Assembly (NCBI GenBank): GCA_963706955.1
Contig: CAVPOC010000001.1
Coordinates: 173,610 to 237,609 of the forward strand
Reading direction: 5' to 3'
DNA length: 64,000 bases
From: an uncultured Verrucomicrobiae bacterium
Lineage (GTDB): Bacteria > Verrucomicrobiota > Verrucomicrobiia > Chthoniobacterales > Terrimicrobiaceae
The translations under genes were made by a program, and so were the position numbers. Positions 1 to 9,741 of this stretch are shown in pieces (within the stretch, counting starts at the first letter, position 1; every line of letters begins with the position of its first letter). A model generated the notes under the pieces. It was not told the origin of the DNA. It worked only from the letters and a program-made list of their open reading frames with translations, and searched no databases.

Positions 1-129
1 TCAATTGGACGCCGCTCTAGCTGATGGGGTGCCTTCGCTGCTCCACTGCCGTAAACTGACGGTGCGCGGCCCGGTGCGTTTCGCTGCTTCCGATCGCTTT
101 GAGGGCGACGTCGAGATCGAGGCGTAACT

Positions 130-154
130 GTCGCGGCGGTGTCCCCGCCGCCGA
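130..154. repeat. Single arm of a GTAG-type REP-like element
   Basis: GTCGCGGCGGTGTCCCCGCCGCCGA matches the arms at 9096 and 11662. Confidence 0.6.
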
Positions 155-339
155 AAGGCCCAAGCCTCGACTGTGAGTACACTTTCCACAGTACTCCTTC
201 GCGAGCCCTGCTCCAGGCCACGAGTAGAAAACTGGCTGCGCGCTTGTGGGTGAAACGGCTCGCCAATCGACAAACGCTCGGCCAAACGCCTCCACAAATA
301 TTTCCATTCACTGGAGAAGGGCGCGTTCCTTACGACGAC

Positions 340-981
340 TCAGCTCATCGGTTCGGAGACGCGAACTCCGGCCGGCGGCTGAAAGCGGAAGTCCTCCGGT
401 GACAGCTTTACCTTTCGCTCACCGGAAAAGATGATTGTAGTTCGGTCTCCTTCGGCGCCAGAGATCTCCACGCGCTTTGCGTAGAGCTGATCGGAGATAT
501 CGACCTGGATTTCGGTGACCGCTTTGCGCAGGCTGGAGGTCTTTGGATGGAGCTTCATCCTATAGCCGTCAGCGATTTGCCAGGCTTGGACTCGGTAGTT
601 TTTGCCGAGGTCTTGAAGCCCAAAGCCCGAGGTCATAGCCGCAATTGACTCCCGCAGCGGGCGATTGGACGAAAGCGCGTATTTTTCGACTTCACGAAAT
701 TGGGGATAGAAGATCCAAAGTGTATCGCCGTTGCAAACCGTCAAGCTGCCGCCGTTAACCTCCCGTCGAAACATGTTTGGAGGAAGAAAGGATACGATGC
801 CGGTCTCGATGACCGGCTTTTCCATCAGAGCGAGACGGCGTTCTTCCCGGAAATTCGCCTGCATGCCTGAGCCGCCTCGGCTGTCTCCCAGACGCGCGAG
901 GAGCGCCTCCACGTCTTTTGAAGGGAGTTCTTGCGATTGGAGAACGGAGACGGCGCTCAGCAGCAGCAGCAACTGCCTCAA
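340..981 (-). CDS. LolA-family outer-membrane lipoprotein/lipid carrier protein
   Basis: Signal peptide, then MQANFREER..ETGIVSFLPPNMFRREV..CNGDTLWIFYP and C-terminal FRFQPPAGVRV. TTG start at 981 overlaps the upstream TGA; the ORF track starts at 1008. Confidence 0.85.
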   Translation of the reverse strand: MRQLLLLLSAVSVLQSQELPSKDVEALLARLGDSRGGSGMQANFREERRLALMEKPVIETGIVSFLPPNMFRREVNGGSLTVCNGDTLWIFYPQFREVEKYALSSNRPLRESIAAMTSGFGLQDLGKNYRVQAWQIADGYRMKLHPKTSSLRKAVTEIQVDISDQLYAKRVEISGAEGDRTTIIFSGERKVKLSPEDFRFQPPAGVRVSEPMS

Positions 982-1898
982 AGGCCAACCGGGACAAATT
1001 GATACCATTGCAGTGGCGCGCGCTGGATCTCCTCGAAGAGCGCCGTTCCAAGAGCGCGGGTGCAGCGCGCGATCTCAGCATTGCGCTCGTTATGAGGAAC
1101 ACGGTGCGCTGCGACGGCAGGTTTGGCGGTAATTCGATAGCCTCCATTCGACAGGAGGGTGACAACGACAGGTAGAATCTTGCATCCAGTCATCCACGAG
1201 AGTAGCGCGGGCGAGGAGGAAAGCATGGTTCGGCCATTGGGCAGATCGAACGGGACGCCTCGCTCTGAGATCGGCCGATCTGCGAGCATCGCCATGCAAT
1301 GACCCTCGTCGATCGCTCTGGCGACTTGAAGCGAAGAGAACGGGTCTGTGCCGACGGCAATGGTTTCCGTGCCCCAGCGTCGTCTCCAGGCAGCTCGCCA
1401 CGAGGTGAGATCATCGGACGGTTCGCGAAGTGTGGCGATGGTAACCTTCTTACCCATTTGACCGAGGACGACAGCGCCAAACTCAAAGAAGCTGAAATGG
1501 CCGGTAGCGACGATCACGCCCTCACCCGAAGAAGTGGCCGCCTGAAGATGTTCGATCCCTTCGTGTTCGGCACAAAGGGAGAGTGCCTCGCTGGTCGGAA
1601 GCGCTCCCACCGCGACATAGTCCGCGATGGTTGCGCCAAAATTTACAAAGACCGAGACGGCGTCTTTTTCGGAGAAAGGCTCCTTGCGCAAGAGCGCGAG
1701 GTTGTCGCGGACAATCCTGCGAATGGCGGGCTGCGTCACGGCGTAGGTCCAGGCAACTGTTCGGCTGAGGGCTTGGGCACCCGGCCTGCGAAAGAAGGGA
1801 TAGATTCTGGTGGCCAGCGCGAAGATGTTCGCCGAGTAAAGCTTTCGGTAGGCCCAGCGCTCCGTATGCGGTTTTTCGGCGGATAAAGGCGCGTGCAT
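978..1898 (-). CDS. LpxL/HtrB-family (lipid A late/lysophospholipid) acyltransferase
   Basis: HxxxxE motif TGHFSFFE, MLADR, C-terminal PLQWYQF. Confidence 0.85.
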   Translation of the reverse strand: MHAPLSAEKPHTERWAYRKLYSANIFALATRIYPFFRRPGAQALSRTVAWTYAVTQPAIRRIVRDNLALLRKEPFSEKDAVSVFVNFGATIADYVAVGALPTSEALSLCAEHEGIEHLQAATSSGEGVIVATGHFSFFEFGAVVLGQMGKKVTIATLREPSDDLTSWRAAWRRRWGTETIAVGTDPFSSLQVARAIDEGHCMAMLADRPISERGVPFDLPNGRTMLSSSPALLSWMTGCKILPVVVTLLSNGGYRITAKPAVAAHRVPHNERNAEIARCTRALGTALFEEIQRAPLQWYQFVPVGL

Positions 1899-2647
1899 TA
1901 ACGAAGGGCGTTCGCGGGCGGAATGACCGTACGATATCCCGCTTCACCCAGTTTTTCCAGAATTCGGCATACCGTTACGACCGCGTGTCGTGATCGTCCG
2001 TTCTCATGCATAAGGATAATCGCACCGGGGAAGATCGCGCGCATAATCCTGGTCGCAATGGCGGTCGGAGCTGCAGGACATCCATCGCACCCGTCGGCAG
2101 ACCATCCCGTTACTCTTAGCCCAAGCTCAGACGCAATGGGATGAACCGAAAGGTTATTCATGCCGACGGGAGATCGAAAATACCGCGGCGGTCGTCCAGT
2201 TGCGCGAAGGATTGTCTCAAAGCCCTCCTCGATCTCGCGTCGCACCCATGGCCGTGGCATCACCCACCACCACCCCGCTGGATGTGATTGGGTGTGATTC
2301 TCGAGTGTGTGACCTTCGGCAAGGATTCGCGTGCAGAGCGATGGGTTCGCGGCGATCTTTCGACCGATCCCAAAGAAGGTTGCTTTGGCATTGTGTCTGC
2401 CGAGCACGTCCAGAATATCGGAGGTAGTGCTGCCCGGTCCGTCATCAATGGTCAGCCAAACAGCGCGCTCCTGCGTATCAAAGTGCGTGAGAACTTTGCC
2501 GTGCCAGGTGCAATTTCTTCGCAAAGTGGGATAGAGCCAGAGAAAGTCATGGACCGCCCACGCGATGGCGCGGAGCCGTCCCCGCCTCGCCAGGACCCCA
2601 GCAATCGCCGCAAGCCGGCCGGCTAGGACAAGGTGTCGTGTTTCCAT
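1898..2647 (-). CDS. Polysaccharide deacetylase (NodB/CE4)
   Basis: LTIDDGP, ENHTQSH, YFRSPVG, IILMHE motifs; ATG 2647 preferred to limit overlap. Confidence 0.9.
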   Translation of the reverse strand: METRHLVLAGRLAAIAGVLARRGRLRAIAWAVHDFLWLYPTLRRNCTWHGKVLTHFDTQERAVWLTIDDGPGSTTSDILDVLGRHNAKATFFGIGRKIAANPSLCTRILAEGHTLENHTQSHPAGWWWVMPRPWVRREIEEGFETILRATGRPPRYFRSPVGMNNLSVHPIASELGLRVTGWSADGCDGCPAAPTAIATRIMRAIFPGAIILMHENGRSRHAVVTVCRILEKLGEAGYRTVIPPANALR

Positions 2648-3411
2648 TGGTGTCTCAATCTCCAAACCGACCAAAGCTGCGTGAGCATTAGAAGACACAA
2701 CCGTGTGTGTGTTCCTGCAAGCAGCAAGTTGTCACGAAGGTACTGGAAATGGCTGACTCCACCAAGCTCGCGCGCCGGGTAATGCACCGGCGCCAATTCA
2801 TTAATCGGGCGAACGCCTGCCCAAAAGAGCCTCACGGCCAGCTCCGTGTCAAAGTCGAAGCGCCGAGCTGTCTTGATCGACTCCATGATCGTGACCGTCG
2901 GTGCCAGCGGGTAAACTCGAAACCCGAAAAGCGAATCGCGCACGCCGCCCCAGAGCGTCTCAAGATTGGCAAACCAATTGCCGACCCGGCGTCCCTCCAC
3001 ACGTTCGGAAGGAGCGTCCGGTCCAAAGATCGGGACACCGAGGATCATCGCTTCAGGATGGTCGATGGACATTCTCATGAAGCGGGCGATGTGGTCGGCG
3101 GAATGCTGGCCATCGGCATCCATGAGAAGTGCATGCGAGAATCCCGCCTCCAGGGCTGCTTTCATCGCCACGAGAGCCGCGCCACCTTTGCCATGATTTT
3201 GTGGCAGTGAGAAGAGACGCAACTCGCTCTGATCTCGTTGTAGAGCGTGCGCTTCGGCCACACTCGAATCGGTGCTGCCATCCAGGACGACCCAGACCGG
3301 CTTCCACTTGTCAAGCACAGTGAGGATGGTTTGCCTTAGCAAATGACCGCTATTGTAACTGGGCAGGATAACCAGATGCGAACGGCCGCCGAGCGCAGGC
3401 GGGGGACTCAA
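2623..3411 (-). CDS. Glycosyltransferase family 2 (DPM-synthase-like)
   Basis: ILPSYN, NHGKGGA, MDADGQH, DSLFGFR, FDTE, SHF. Confidence 0.9.
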   Translation of the reverse strand: MSPPPALGGRSHLVILPSYNSGHLLRQTILTVLDKWKPVWVVLDGSTDSSVAEAHALQRDQSELRLFSLPQNHGKGGAALVAMKAALEAGFSHALLMDADGQHSADHIARFMRMSIDHPEAMILGVPIFGPDAPSERVEGRRVGNWFANLETLWGGVRDSLFGFRVYPLAPTVTIMESIKTARRFDFDTELAVRLFWAGVRPINELAPVHYPARELGGVSHFQYLRDNLLLAGTHTRLCLLMLTQLWSVWRLRHQWKHDTLS

Positions 3412-4235
3412 GAGCGCCGGACCAGGCGAATGTCTTCGCCCGTATTTTCAAGGTGCTCGCGAAAGTAACGCTCGAGCCTTGCCGAGAGTTGCTGGGCACT
3501 TTCTTCTGGAGCAGCGCGAAAAAGTTCCCCGAGATGCAGTCGAAATCGGAACGGGGGGCGCGCTAAAGATAATAGCGGAAGGTCCTTTGAAAGATAACGT
3601 CCCTCACGTTCAATGAAGACGGTTTGAATCGGCGCACCCGTTTTCTTGGCAATCAAGGCGAAGCCATGCTTGAAAGAATTAATGGCCTGAGCCACCGTGC
3701 GAGTGCCCTCTGGAAAGATTAGCAAATTTTCGCCTGCCCGGATCTTTTCGATGCCCTGGCGGATGAGAATGGGTCCCTTATCGTTGGGAACAAAGCCGGC
3801 CAGTCGGGCAGCGCCGCCGAGAAATGGACTTTCGATCAAGTTAGCGCGCATGATGCAAACGGTATTCGGAACAATCGAAAGCAAGATGACCGCATCGATG
3901 AGACTCGGATGATTCGGGGCGAGCACCGTTGCCCGTAGGTTTCGGAGCTTGTCGGCGTCAGGAAAGCTAATGTCGAATACCCCGATCCGGGAGGAGACCT
4001 GCAGCCATCCCTTGAACAAGCCGCGGATCAAGCGCTGGCCGAATGCCGGCGGAATCTGGTTGCCGAAACCGCGCGATAGTAGCGCGCAGATTGGGCTTAC
4101 GATAAGACCGATCGCGAAAAAGGAGAACAAACTGGAGATTTGCTTCAGATATTGCCAGCACGCTGGCAGCGAAAAAGATCGCGCAGAAAGATGGTCTGCG
4201 GCGGGAGCAGGCGACTCGGCTCGCGCGGATGGCAT
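3408..4235 (-). CDS. PlsC-family 1-acylglycerol-3-phosphate acyltransferase
   Basis: NHPSLID and IFPEGTRT motifs. Confidence 0.9.
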   Translation of the reverse strand: MPSARAESPAPAADHLSARSFSLPACWQYLKQISSLFSFFAIGLIVSPICALLSRGFGNQIPPAFGQRLIRGLFKGWLQVSSRIGVFDISFPDADKLRNLRATVLAPNHPSLIDAVILLSIVPNTVCIMRANLIESPFLGGAARLAGFVPNDKGPILIRQGIEKIRAGENLLIFPEGTRTVAQAINSFKHGFALIAKKTGAPIQTVFIEREGRYLSKDLPLLSLARPPFRFRLHLGELFRAAPEESAQQLSARLERYFREHLENTGEDIRLVRRS

Positions 4236-4366
4236 GGAAGAACTCTAACGGAAACTCTGGTGGAAAAAAGCCAAGAGATGACGGAAACGGCCAACTATTC
4301 GCCAGGCTCTTTGAGGACAAACAGCTGGGTTCGCCGGCAACACTTCGCTACAAGCGATGTTTCGCG

Positions 4367-5344
4367 ATGCTCCCGATGAAGAAATGGACTCCGATTTTTT
4401 TGCAGTCGCTTGTCAGCATAGCGTTGCTGGTCTGGATCTTCTGGAAAGAGGATTTTCGCACGCGGACTTGGCAGATATTGACATCCGCAGATCCTGGCTG
4501 GTTGATGGCGGGCTTCCTGGTGGCTGGCGCGGGTAATCTGATCAGCGTCGTCCGGTGGGGTATTTTTCTTCGCGTCCTCGGGATTTCCATCAGCCCTTGG
4601 GATACTCTTCGTCTTAGTTTTGTTGGCCTCTTTTTCAACACCTTTCTGGTTGGTGCGGTCGGTGGTGACGCAGTCAAGGTCGTTTGGCTGGTCGCGAAAG
4701 GTCAACCGAAAACGGCGGCTTTGCTATCGGTGCTGATGGATCGAATGAGCGGCTTTGGCGCGCTGATTCTCTGCTCCGCGGTTTTCATCATTTGGCGATT
4801 GGACTGGCTGATGCGCAGCACGCTCGTTGCCGGCCTTATCAAGGGCGTCTTCGCTTATCTTCTCTTGGTTGTGCTTTTGCTCGGAGTTTCTTTTCTGTTG
4901 AGTGCACGCGGGCTCACCAGTCGGTTACCGCCGCGTTTTCCGCTCCGCAAAATTATCATCGAATTCACCGAGACTTATCTTCAGTTTGTCATCGCTTGGC
5001 GGCAGACGTTGGTGGCGTCCTTGCTTTCGATCCTGGTGCTGCTGGCATACTTTGCGACCTTCTACTTAAGTGGGCGAGCGTTTGGGCTTCAGGTCCCCAT
5101 GGTGGCGTTCTTTGCCTTGATGCCAGCGGTCGACATCATCTCAGCGCTTCCGATCAGCCTGGGGGGATTTGGCGTGCGCGAACAATTGTTTGTGACCCTG
5201 TTGGGAGACCTGTGGGGAGTTCCGGCGGCGCAGGCGGTCTCGATTTCCCTGGGAGGCGCCTTCCTCTCGATGCTGTGGGGGCTTTTTGGATTGTTGGTGC
5301 TCCCGGCCTATCATCAAGCCGCCGGTCGGATGGTCCGACGATGA
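4367..5344 (+). CDS. Lysylphosphatidylglycerol-synthase TM-domain / flippase-like (UPF0104) membrane protein
   Basis: RW..L, GLFFNTFL..VGGD, LMDR, LPISLGGFGVRE; multi-TM; start at 4367 or 4376. Confidence 0.85.
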   Translation: MLPMKKWTPIFLQSLVSIALLVWIFWKEDFRTRTWQILTSADPGWLMAGFLVAGAGNLISVVRWGIFLRVLGISISPWDTLRLSFVGLFFNTFLVGAVGGDAVKVVWLVAKGQPKTAALLSVLMDRMSGFGALILCSAVFIIWRLDWLMRSTLVAGLIKGVFAYLLLVVLLLGVSFLLSARGLTSRLPPRFPLRKIIIEFTETYLQFVIAWRQTLVASLLSILVLLAYFATFYLSGRAFGLQVPMVAFFALMPAVDIISALPISLGGFGVREQLFVTLLGDLWGVPAAQAVSISLGGAFLSMLWGLFGLLVLPAYHQAAGRMVRR

Positions 5345-5985
5345 GCTCGTTGGTTCGACAGGCCGCCGGCCTCTACAAGCGCTGGCCGCGGCTCTACTAC
5401 TACGCGATCGGCAAGATCACGCTAGACCCAGCCTACCCGGCGGTGGCGAAAGCTCTGGGCAAGTCGACACTTCCCTTGCTCGATCTCGGGTGCGGCATGG
5501 GCCTCCTCGCCGCTTATCTGCGCGCCAGCGGACATTGCGCTCCGCTTGTCGGCTGGGACCTCGACGAGGAAAAAATCGAGATTGCCAAGGCGGTTCTTTC
5601 GGGAAGCCAGGAGAGCTTTCGCGCAGGGAATGCCATCAACTTTTCTGAGCACTGCGGGAATGTCGTCATGCTCGATGTGCTGCATTATTTCAGCGATAAC
5701 GATCAACAACGACTGCTCCGGAGAATCGCGGCGAGCATCGCTCCGCAGGGAGTCGCTTTGATCCGGCTCGCGTTGAACGAGCCGAATTGGCGCTTCGCCG
5801 CGACCAAGGCCGAGGAATGGTTTGTCCATTTTACCCGATGGATTCCGGTGCAAGGGAAAAATTTTCCGACTCGCGATGAAGTCTCGCTTCCTTTCAGAGA
5901 AGATGGTTTTCAAATCGAGGTCCGACCGATGTGGGGCTGGACTCCCTTCAACAGTCACTTGTTTACGATTCGGCGCAAAATCTAA
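5341..5985 (+). CDS. Class I SAM-dependent methyltransferase
   Basis: LLDLGCGMG, DVLHY; ATGA overlap with the upstream stop. Confidence 0.85.
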   Translation: MSSLVRQAAGLYKRWPRLYYYAIGKITLDPAYPAVAKALGKSTLPLLDLGCGMGLLAAYLRASGHCAPLVGWDLDEEKIEIAKAVLSGSQESFRAGNAINFSEHCGNVVMLDVLHYFSDNDQQRLLRRIAASIAPQGVALIRLALNEPNWRFAATKAEEWFVHFTRWIPVQGKNFPTRDEVSLPFREDGFQIEVRPMWGWTPFNSHLFTIRRKI

Positions 5986-6075
5986 GCTCGAGTGTGGGAG
6001 CTGCCTGTGATTCAAAAATAACCTTTCCGGAGCAGGCGCTTCGGTCTATTCGTTCGGAAGGGAGGTAAGCTTGAG

Positions 6076-6396
6076 ATGAAAACTGTTAATGAAATTCTTG
6101 GTGAAAACCAGACTCTCCGCGGCGCGGTGCGAGTTCTTACCGGGAAGACAAACTCTGGGAAACGTGCCATCTATATTTCGGGAAATCCGGCGGGCTTACG
6201 ACTCTTGGCCGACATCATGCGTGCGCAGGCTGACGCGGTTGGAAGTGGCGGGGGCGAGTCGAGATACTTCTTCAAGCTCGAGCGCCAATCCGGATCCTTA
6301 TTCTTCGCGACTGATGATTCGGTCGATATTTTTGAAATTCATTGCGACGATCACTATCCGGAGAAGCACGAAACTCCGAGCGTTAGAAAAGATTGA
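6076..6396 (+). CDS. Hypothetical protein (weak resemblance to Imm32-type immunity proteins)
   Basis: Strong RBS GGGAGG before ATG; IYISGNPAGLRLLA segment. Confidence 0.55.
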   Translation: MKTVNEILGENQTLRGAVRVLTGKTNSGKRAIYISGNPAGLRLLADIMRAQADAVGSGGGESRYFFKLERQSGSLFFATDDSVDIFEIHCDDHYPEKHETPSVRKD

Positions 6397-6552
6397 GGAC
6401 CCAAAGGCCGGGAGCCCAGGACCGGCGTGCGCAGGACTTCGGTGACTTCCTCTGTCCCAACGTGAGATCCTTTCCGCCCCTACGCTGGGCGCAGCCAAGT
6501 TGCTAGTGGGACTTTCTATGGATGCCGACGGAAGAGCAGGCGGATACTGCGG

Positions 6553-6978
6553 CTAGCGTTCTCCGTTGGAAAGAACTTCCGGGGTGGCAAATCGTTTCTC
6601 GAGGACAAGTCTTGTGCCACGTCGACACGGCTCATATTTTACAAAGTCGAAAACCTGTCGAATAATATATACACCGACGCCGCCCGGTCGGAACTCTTCA
6701 AGTGGGCGGCTGCGGATGCCCTGCGGATTGCAAGCCCGTCCGTAATCGCGGAGCACAAACCGGACGCGATCGTGCAGTCGTTCCATCTCCAGGCGAACTG
6801 GCTTTTCGTCTTGGCCGTAGGCGTGCCGGATGATGTTGGTGCAGGCTTCGTCCAGGCCCAACACGAGAAGCTCTATCGAAGATTCGTCGAAACTACATTT
6901 CTTAAGAAACAACCTGGCGCTGTGACGCACTTCCGCCATCCGGCCCGAATGGCTGGTGAAGGCAAACTTGGTTTTCAC
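6553..6978 (-). CDS. rsbW: RsbW/SpoIIAB-like anti-sigma factor Ser/Thr kinase
   Basis: DEACTNIIRHAY, DYG, GGVGVYII; GTGA overlap with the upstream stop gives start 6978. Confidence 0.85.
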   Translation of the reverse strand: MKTKFAFTSHSGRMAEVRHSARLFLKKCSFDESSIELLVLGLDEACTNIIRHAYGQDEKPVRLEMERLHDRVRFVLRDYGRACNPQGIRSRPLEEFRPGGVGVYIIRQVFDFVKYEPCRRGTRLVLEKRFATPEVLSNGER

Positions 6979-8255
6979 GCTAAGCCTCCGGATAAAATCG
7001 TCAGATCGTCGGCCTGCCGGCCGTGCCCACGATGCCGGCGCTCGCATTCGATCAGATGGTCGACAATATTCTGGGGCGACAAGAATTTCCTGCCTTCAAG
7101 TGACGGGATGATCTTCGGTTCGAAAAAAGTATCACCTAGCGGATTCCGGGATTCCGACAATCCGTCTGTGAAACAAACGAGCCAGTCGCCTGGGTGGAGC
7201 TCTAGCTTGCCTTGCCGATAGTTCACCTTGGGCAGGATACCCAGAGGCAGGGACCCTTGCGTTTCGATTTCGTGAACCGAGCCGTCTCCTCGCACGACGA
7301 GCGGCTTGCAGTGCCCGGCGCTGGCTAGCTCAATGCGGTTCGCCGAGGGGATGATGCGACCGACAATCGTTGTAACAAACATGCCGCGGACGATCCGCTC
7401 GTTGAGGGTCGCGTTCAACTTGGTGAGTGCCTCCGAAGGGCTGGCCGTCGCTGCAAAAACGAACTGCATTGCACTAAGGGTCTGCGCCATCAGAAGCGAG
7501 GCCGAGATGCCTTTGCCGGAGACATCCCCGATCGCAAAATATGTTTCATCGGGACTACGCACGAAAACGTTATAGAAATCGCCGCCCACGTTGGAAGCGG
7601 CCTGATTATGGGCGGCAAAGACCGCACCGGGGATCCGAACGGGAATCGCGCGCGCGAGGAGCTCTCGCTGAATGTCGCAGGCGATGGCCAGGTCACGCTC
7701 GACCCGTTCCTGAGCGCGCATACGCTCGAGAGCGCGTAACTTTTCGATCGCGGTGGCCGTCAGGTTTGCGTAGGCGGTGAAGCCATCGAGTTCCTGTTCG
7801 TCGAAGCTCTTCTTGTCGCGGGGATTTAGAATCTGGAGAACGCCGATGACCTCGCCGTCACGCATGAGCGGTGCGCAGAGGACTGAACGTGTTCGAAAAC
7901 CAGTTTGCTGGTCGGCTTCCTTGTAAAAGCGAGAATCCTCATAAGCGTCCGGGATGAGGAGGGTCTGCGCATGGCTTACCACCCATCCGACAATGCCTCT
8001 GCCCGGCGGGACGGAAATGTCTGGTTGGACAAATTGACCTTCGGCAAACGAACTAATGGCGAGTTCGACGGCACCGGTCTCTTTGTTGACGAAAAAGAGC
8101 GACGCGGCCTCGGCGAGAATCACCCGCCGGGCTACATCAAGGATCGCCCGGAGCAGCTCGTCGTAGTCGGTAATCGAGTTGATTAGACCGCTCACTTCGA
8201 CCAGCCCCTTGTAGATGTTCAGGGACTTACGGAGCGACTCCACTTCCGCCAGCAT
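6975..8255 (-). CDS. rsbU: GAF + SpoIIE/PP2C phosphatase (RsbU-like)
   Basis: N-terminal GAF (TGFRTRSVLCAPL); VGGDFY, GDVSGKG, SAGH, TDGLSE, DDLT. Confidence 0.9.
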   Translation of the reverse strand: MLAEVESLRKSLNIYKGLVEVSGLINSITDYDELLRAILDVARRVILAEAASLFFVNKETGAVELAISSFAEGQFVQPDISVPPGRGIVGWVVSHAQTLLIPDAYEDSRFYKEADQQTGFRTRSVLCAPLMRDGEVIGVLQILNPRDKKSFDEQELDGFTAYANLTATAIEKLRALERMRAQERVERDLAIACDIQRELLARAIPVRIPGAVFAAHNQAASNVGGDFYNVFVRSPDETYFAIGDVSGKGISASLLMAQTLSAMQFVFAATASPSEALTKLNATLNERIVRGMFVTTIVGRIIPSANRIELASAGHCKPLVVRGDGSVHEIETQGSLPLGILPKVNYRQGKLELHPGDWLVCFTDGLSESRNPLGDTFFEPKIIPSLEGRKFLSPQNIVDHLIECERRHRGHGRQADDLTILSGGLA

Positions 8256-8341
8256 GCCTCACTTTTCGCACCTCGATGCATTTACTGCCAGCCGGATTTT
8301 TGCGTGGAAAACTCCGCGGTTGTGCGTGATGGTTTTTTACG

Positions 8342-9070
8342 ATGTGTAAGTTCTTAGTGTTCTGGTGTGGGATGTCGGTGCTGGCGGCGTCGGCTTGGGC
8401 GGCCGGGGGAACCGCGTATATGGCAGTCAAGGCTGCGCAGAAGAGCACGGACAGTTCGGCTGATCTGGTCGAAGTTGCAGGTGATCGGGGTGAGCCTCAA
8501 CCTCAGGAGTGGAAAGTAGTGCTGCGAGATCCGGGGGCCAGGGGAGGAATCCGGGAGATCGTTGCTTCAGGCGACGTTGTCGTTTCGCAGAGAACCCCAT
8601 TGCGGGGCTATTCGGACTTCAGCGCCCAACCGGCGATTCCACTGACCCGCTTGAATCTTGATTCGGATCGCGCATTCGAGATCGCCAACAAGCAGGCCAT
8701 CGCAAAAAAAGTTGGCTTCAGTTGGGTGGACTACACGTTGCGGGCGAACGCGGACGGTGGCGCCCCGACCTGGGTCCTTCGACTTTACAGTGGCATGGGA
8801 TCGCAGGTCGGCGTGATTCAAATCTCGGCCGAAAATGGAACTGTGCTCGCGCCGCTGGAACCAGGGCTGCCGCCGCCGACCGAATCGACTGAACGTTTCA
8901 CTGACTCGCAACCCGGTCGAACTGTGGGCGGTTTTGTCGGCAGGGTAGGGGGCACGCTCGGAGGCATTGCCAACGGGGTGAAGAATACAACGCTTCGCAC
9001 CGTCGGCACGGTTCAGGAATTTTTCACTGGCGAACGCACCATTGGACCTCGAGACGAGAATGATAACTAA
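8342..9070 (+). CDS. Secreted hypothetical protein, possibly PepSY-like folds
   Basis: Signal peptide ending ASAWA; LDSDRAFEIA...W.LRL...ISAENG pattern. Confidence 0.65.
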   Translation: MCKFLVFWCGMSVLAASAWAAGGTAYMAVKAAQKSTDSSADLVEVAGDRGEPQPQEWKVVLRDPGARGGIREIVASGDVVVSQRTPLRGYSDFSAQPAIPLTRLNLDSDRAFEIANKQAIAKKVGFSWVDYTLRANADGGAPTWVLRLYSGMGSQVGVIQISAENGTVLAPLEPGLPPPTESTERFTDSQPGRTVGGFVGRVGGTLGGIANGVKNTTLRTVGTVQEFFTGERTIGPRDENDN

Positions 9071-9095
9071 AGGGATGCTCGTCGAAAACTTCGCT

Positions 9096-9214
9096 GTAGC
9101 GGTGGTGCCCCCACCGCCGACCAAACGCTCGGCCGTGAGGACAGGGCGGCTGCAAAGAGAACCTTCGCCGGAGGGCCCACCTGGGCGCGCCCGAACGGGG
9201 ACACCGACACTGCA
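9096..9214. repeat. GTAG-type REP-like palindrome (degenerate) plus a partial third arm
   Basis: GTAGCGGTGGTGCCCCCACCGCCGA (9096-9120), inverted arm 9129-9153, partial arm near 9197-9213. Confidence 0.65.
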
Positions 9215-9239
9215 GCGACAAAGTCACGTTTGACGAGCC

Positions 9240-9716
9240 ATGGGTCCGTTCGAAGCGATTGTTGTTCTAATCATTGTGGGGTTTTTGATGCTGGCCGCGG
9301 AAGTTTTCGTGCCGGGAATGGTGCTTGGGTTGCTCGGTGGCGTTTGTCTGGCCGGCGCCATCACGGTCGCGTTCGTCTACTATAATGTTGTCACGGGTTC
9401 GATCGTTTTTGCCGCCGTCTGCCTCCTGACCTTCACTGGCTTTGTAGCGTGGCTCGCAGTGTTCCCGCGCACGGCGATCGGACGAAGAATCATGCTGCAA
9501 AAGAGTCTCATTAAAGGAGTCGGAGAGCGGGCAATTCCATCTGAGCTGATGGGAGCGCAGGGCCGTTCCCTTACCCCACTCCGTCCGGCAGGCACCGCCT
9601 CGATTGAGGGCCGTCGGGTAGACGTCGTGGCGGAGAGCGACTTCATCGGGCGTGACGAGCCCGTGGTGGTTGTTCGAGAGGAAGGCTTACGAGTTGTTGT
9701 GCGAAAAAAGGTCTAG
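9240..9716 (+). CDS. Short NfeD-family membrane protein
   Basis: AEVFVPG TM region; C-terminal OB fold LTPLRPAG..GRRVDVV; directly upstream of floA. Confidence 0.9.
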   Translation: MGPFEAIVVLIIVGFLMLAAEVFVPGMVLGLLGGVCLAGAITVAFVYYNVVTGSIVFAAVCLLTFTGFVAWLAVFPRTAIGRRIMLQKSLIKGVGERAIPSELMGAQGRSLTPLRPAGTASIEGRRVDVVAESDFIGRDEPVVVVREEGLRVVVRKKV

Positions 9717-9741
9717 CCGGGCGCAAGCTAGTACATAAGCT

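Noticed and set aside
1..402. Short ORFs at the window start
   Set aside because: No recognisable motifs, mutually overlapping, and they span a REP arm
4684..5340. Long N-terminal extension of the methyltransferase ORF
   Set aside because: Out-of-frame overlap with the flippase-like gene; ATGA coupling supports a start at 5341
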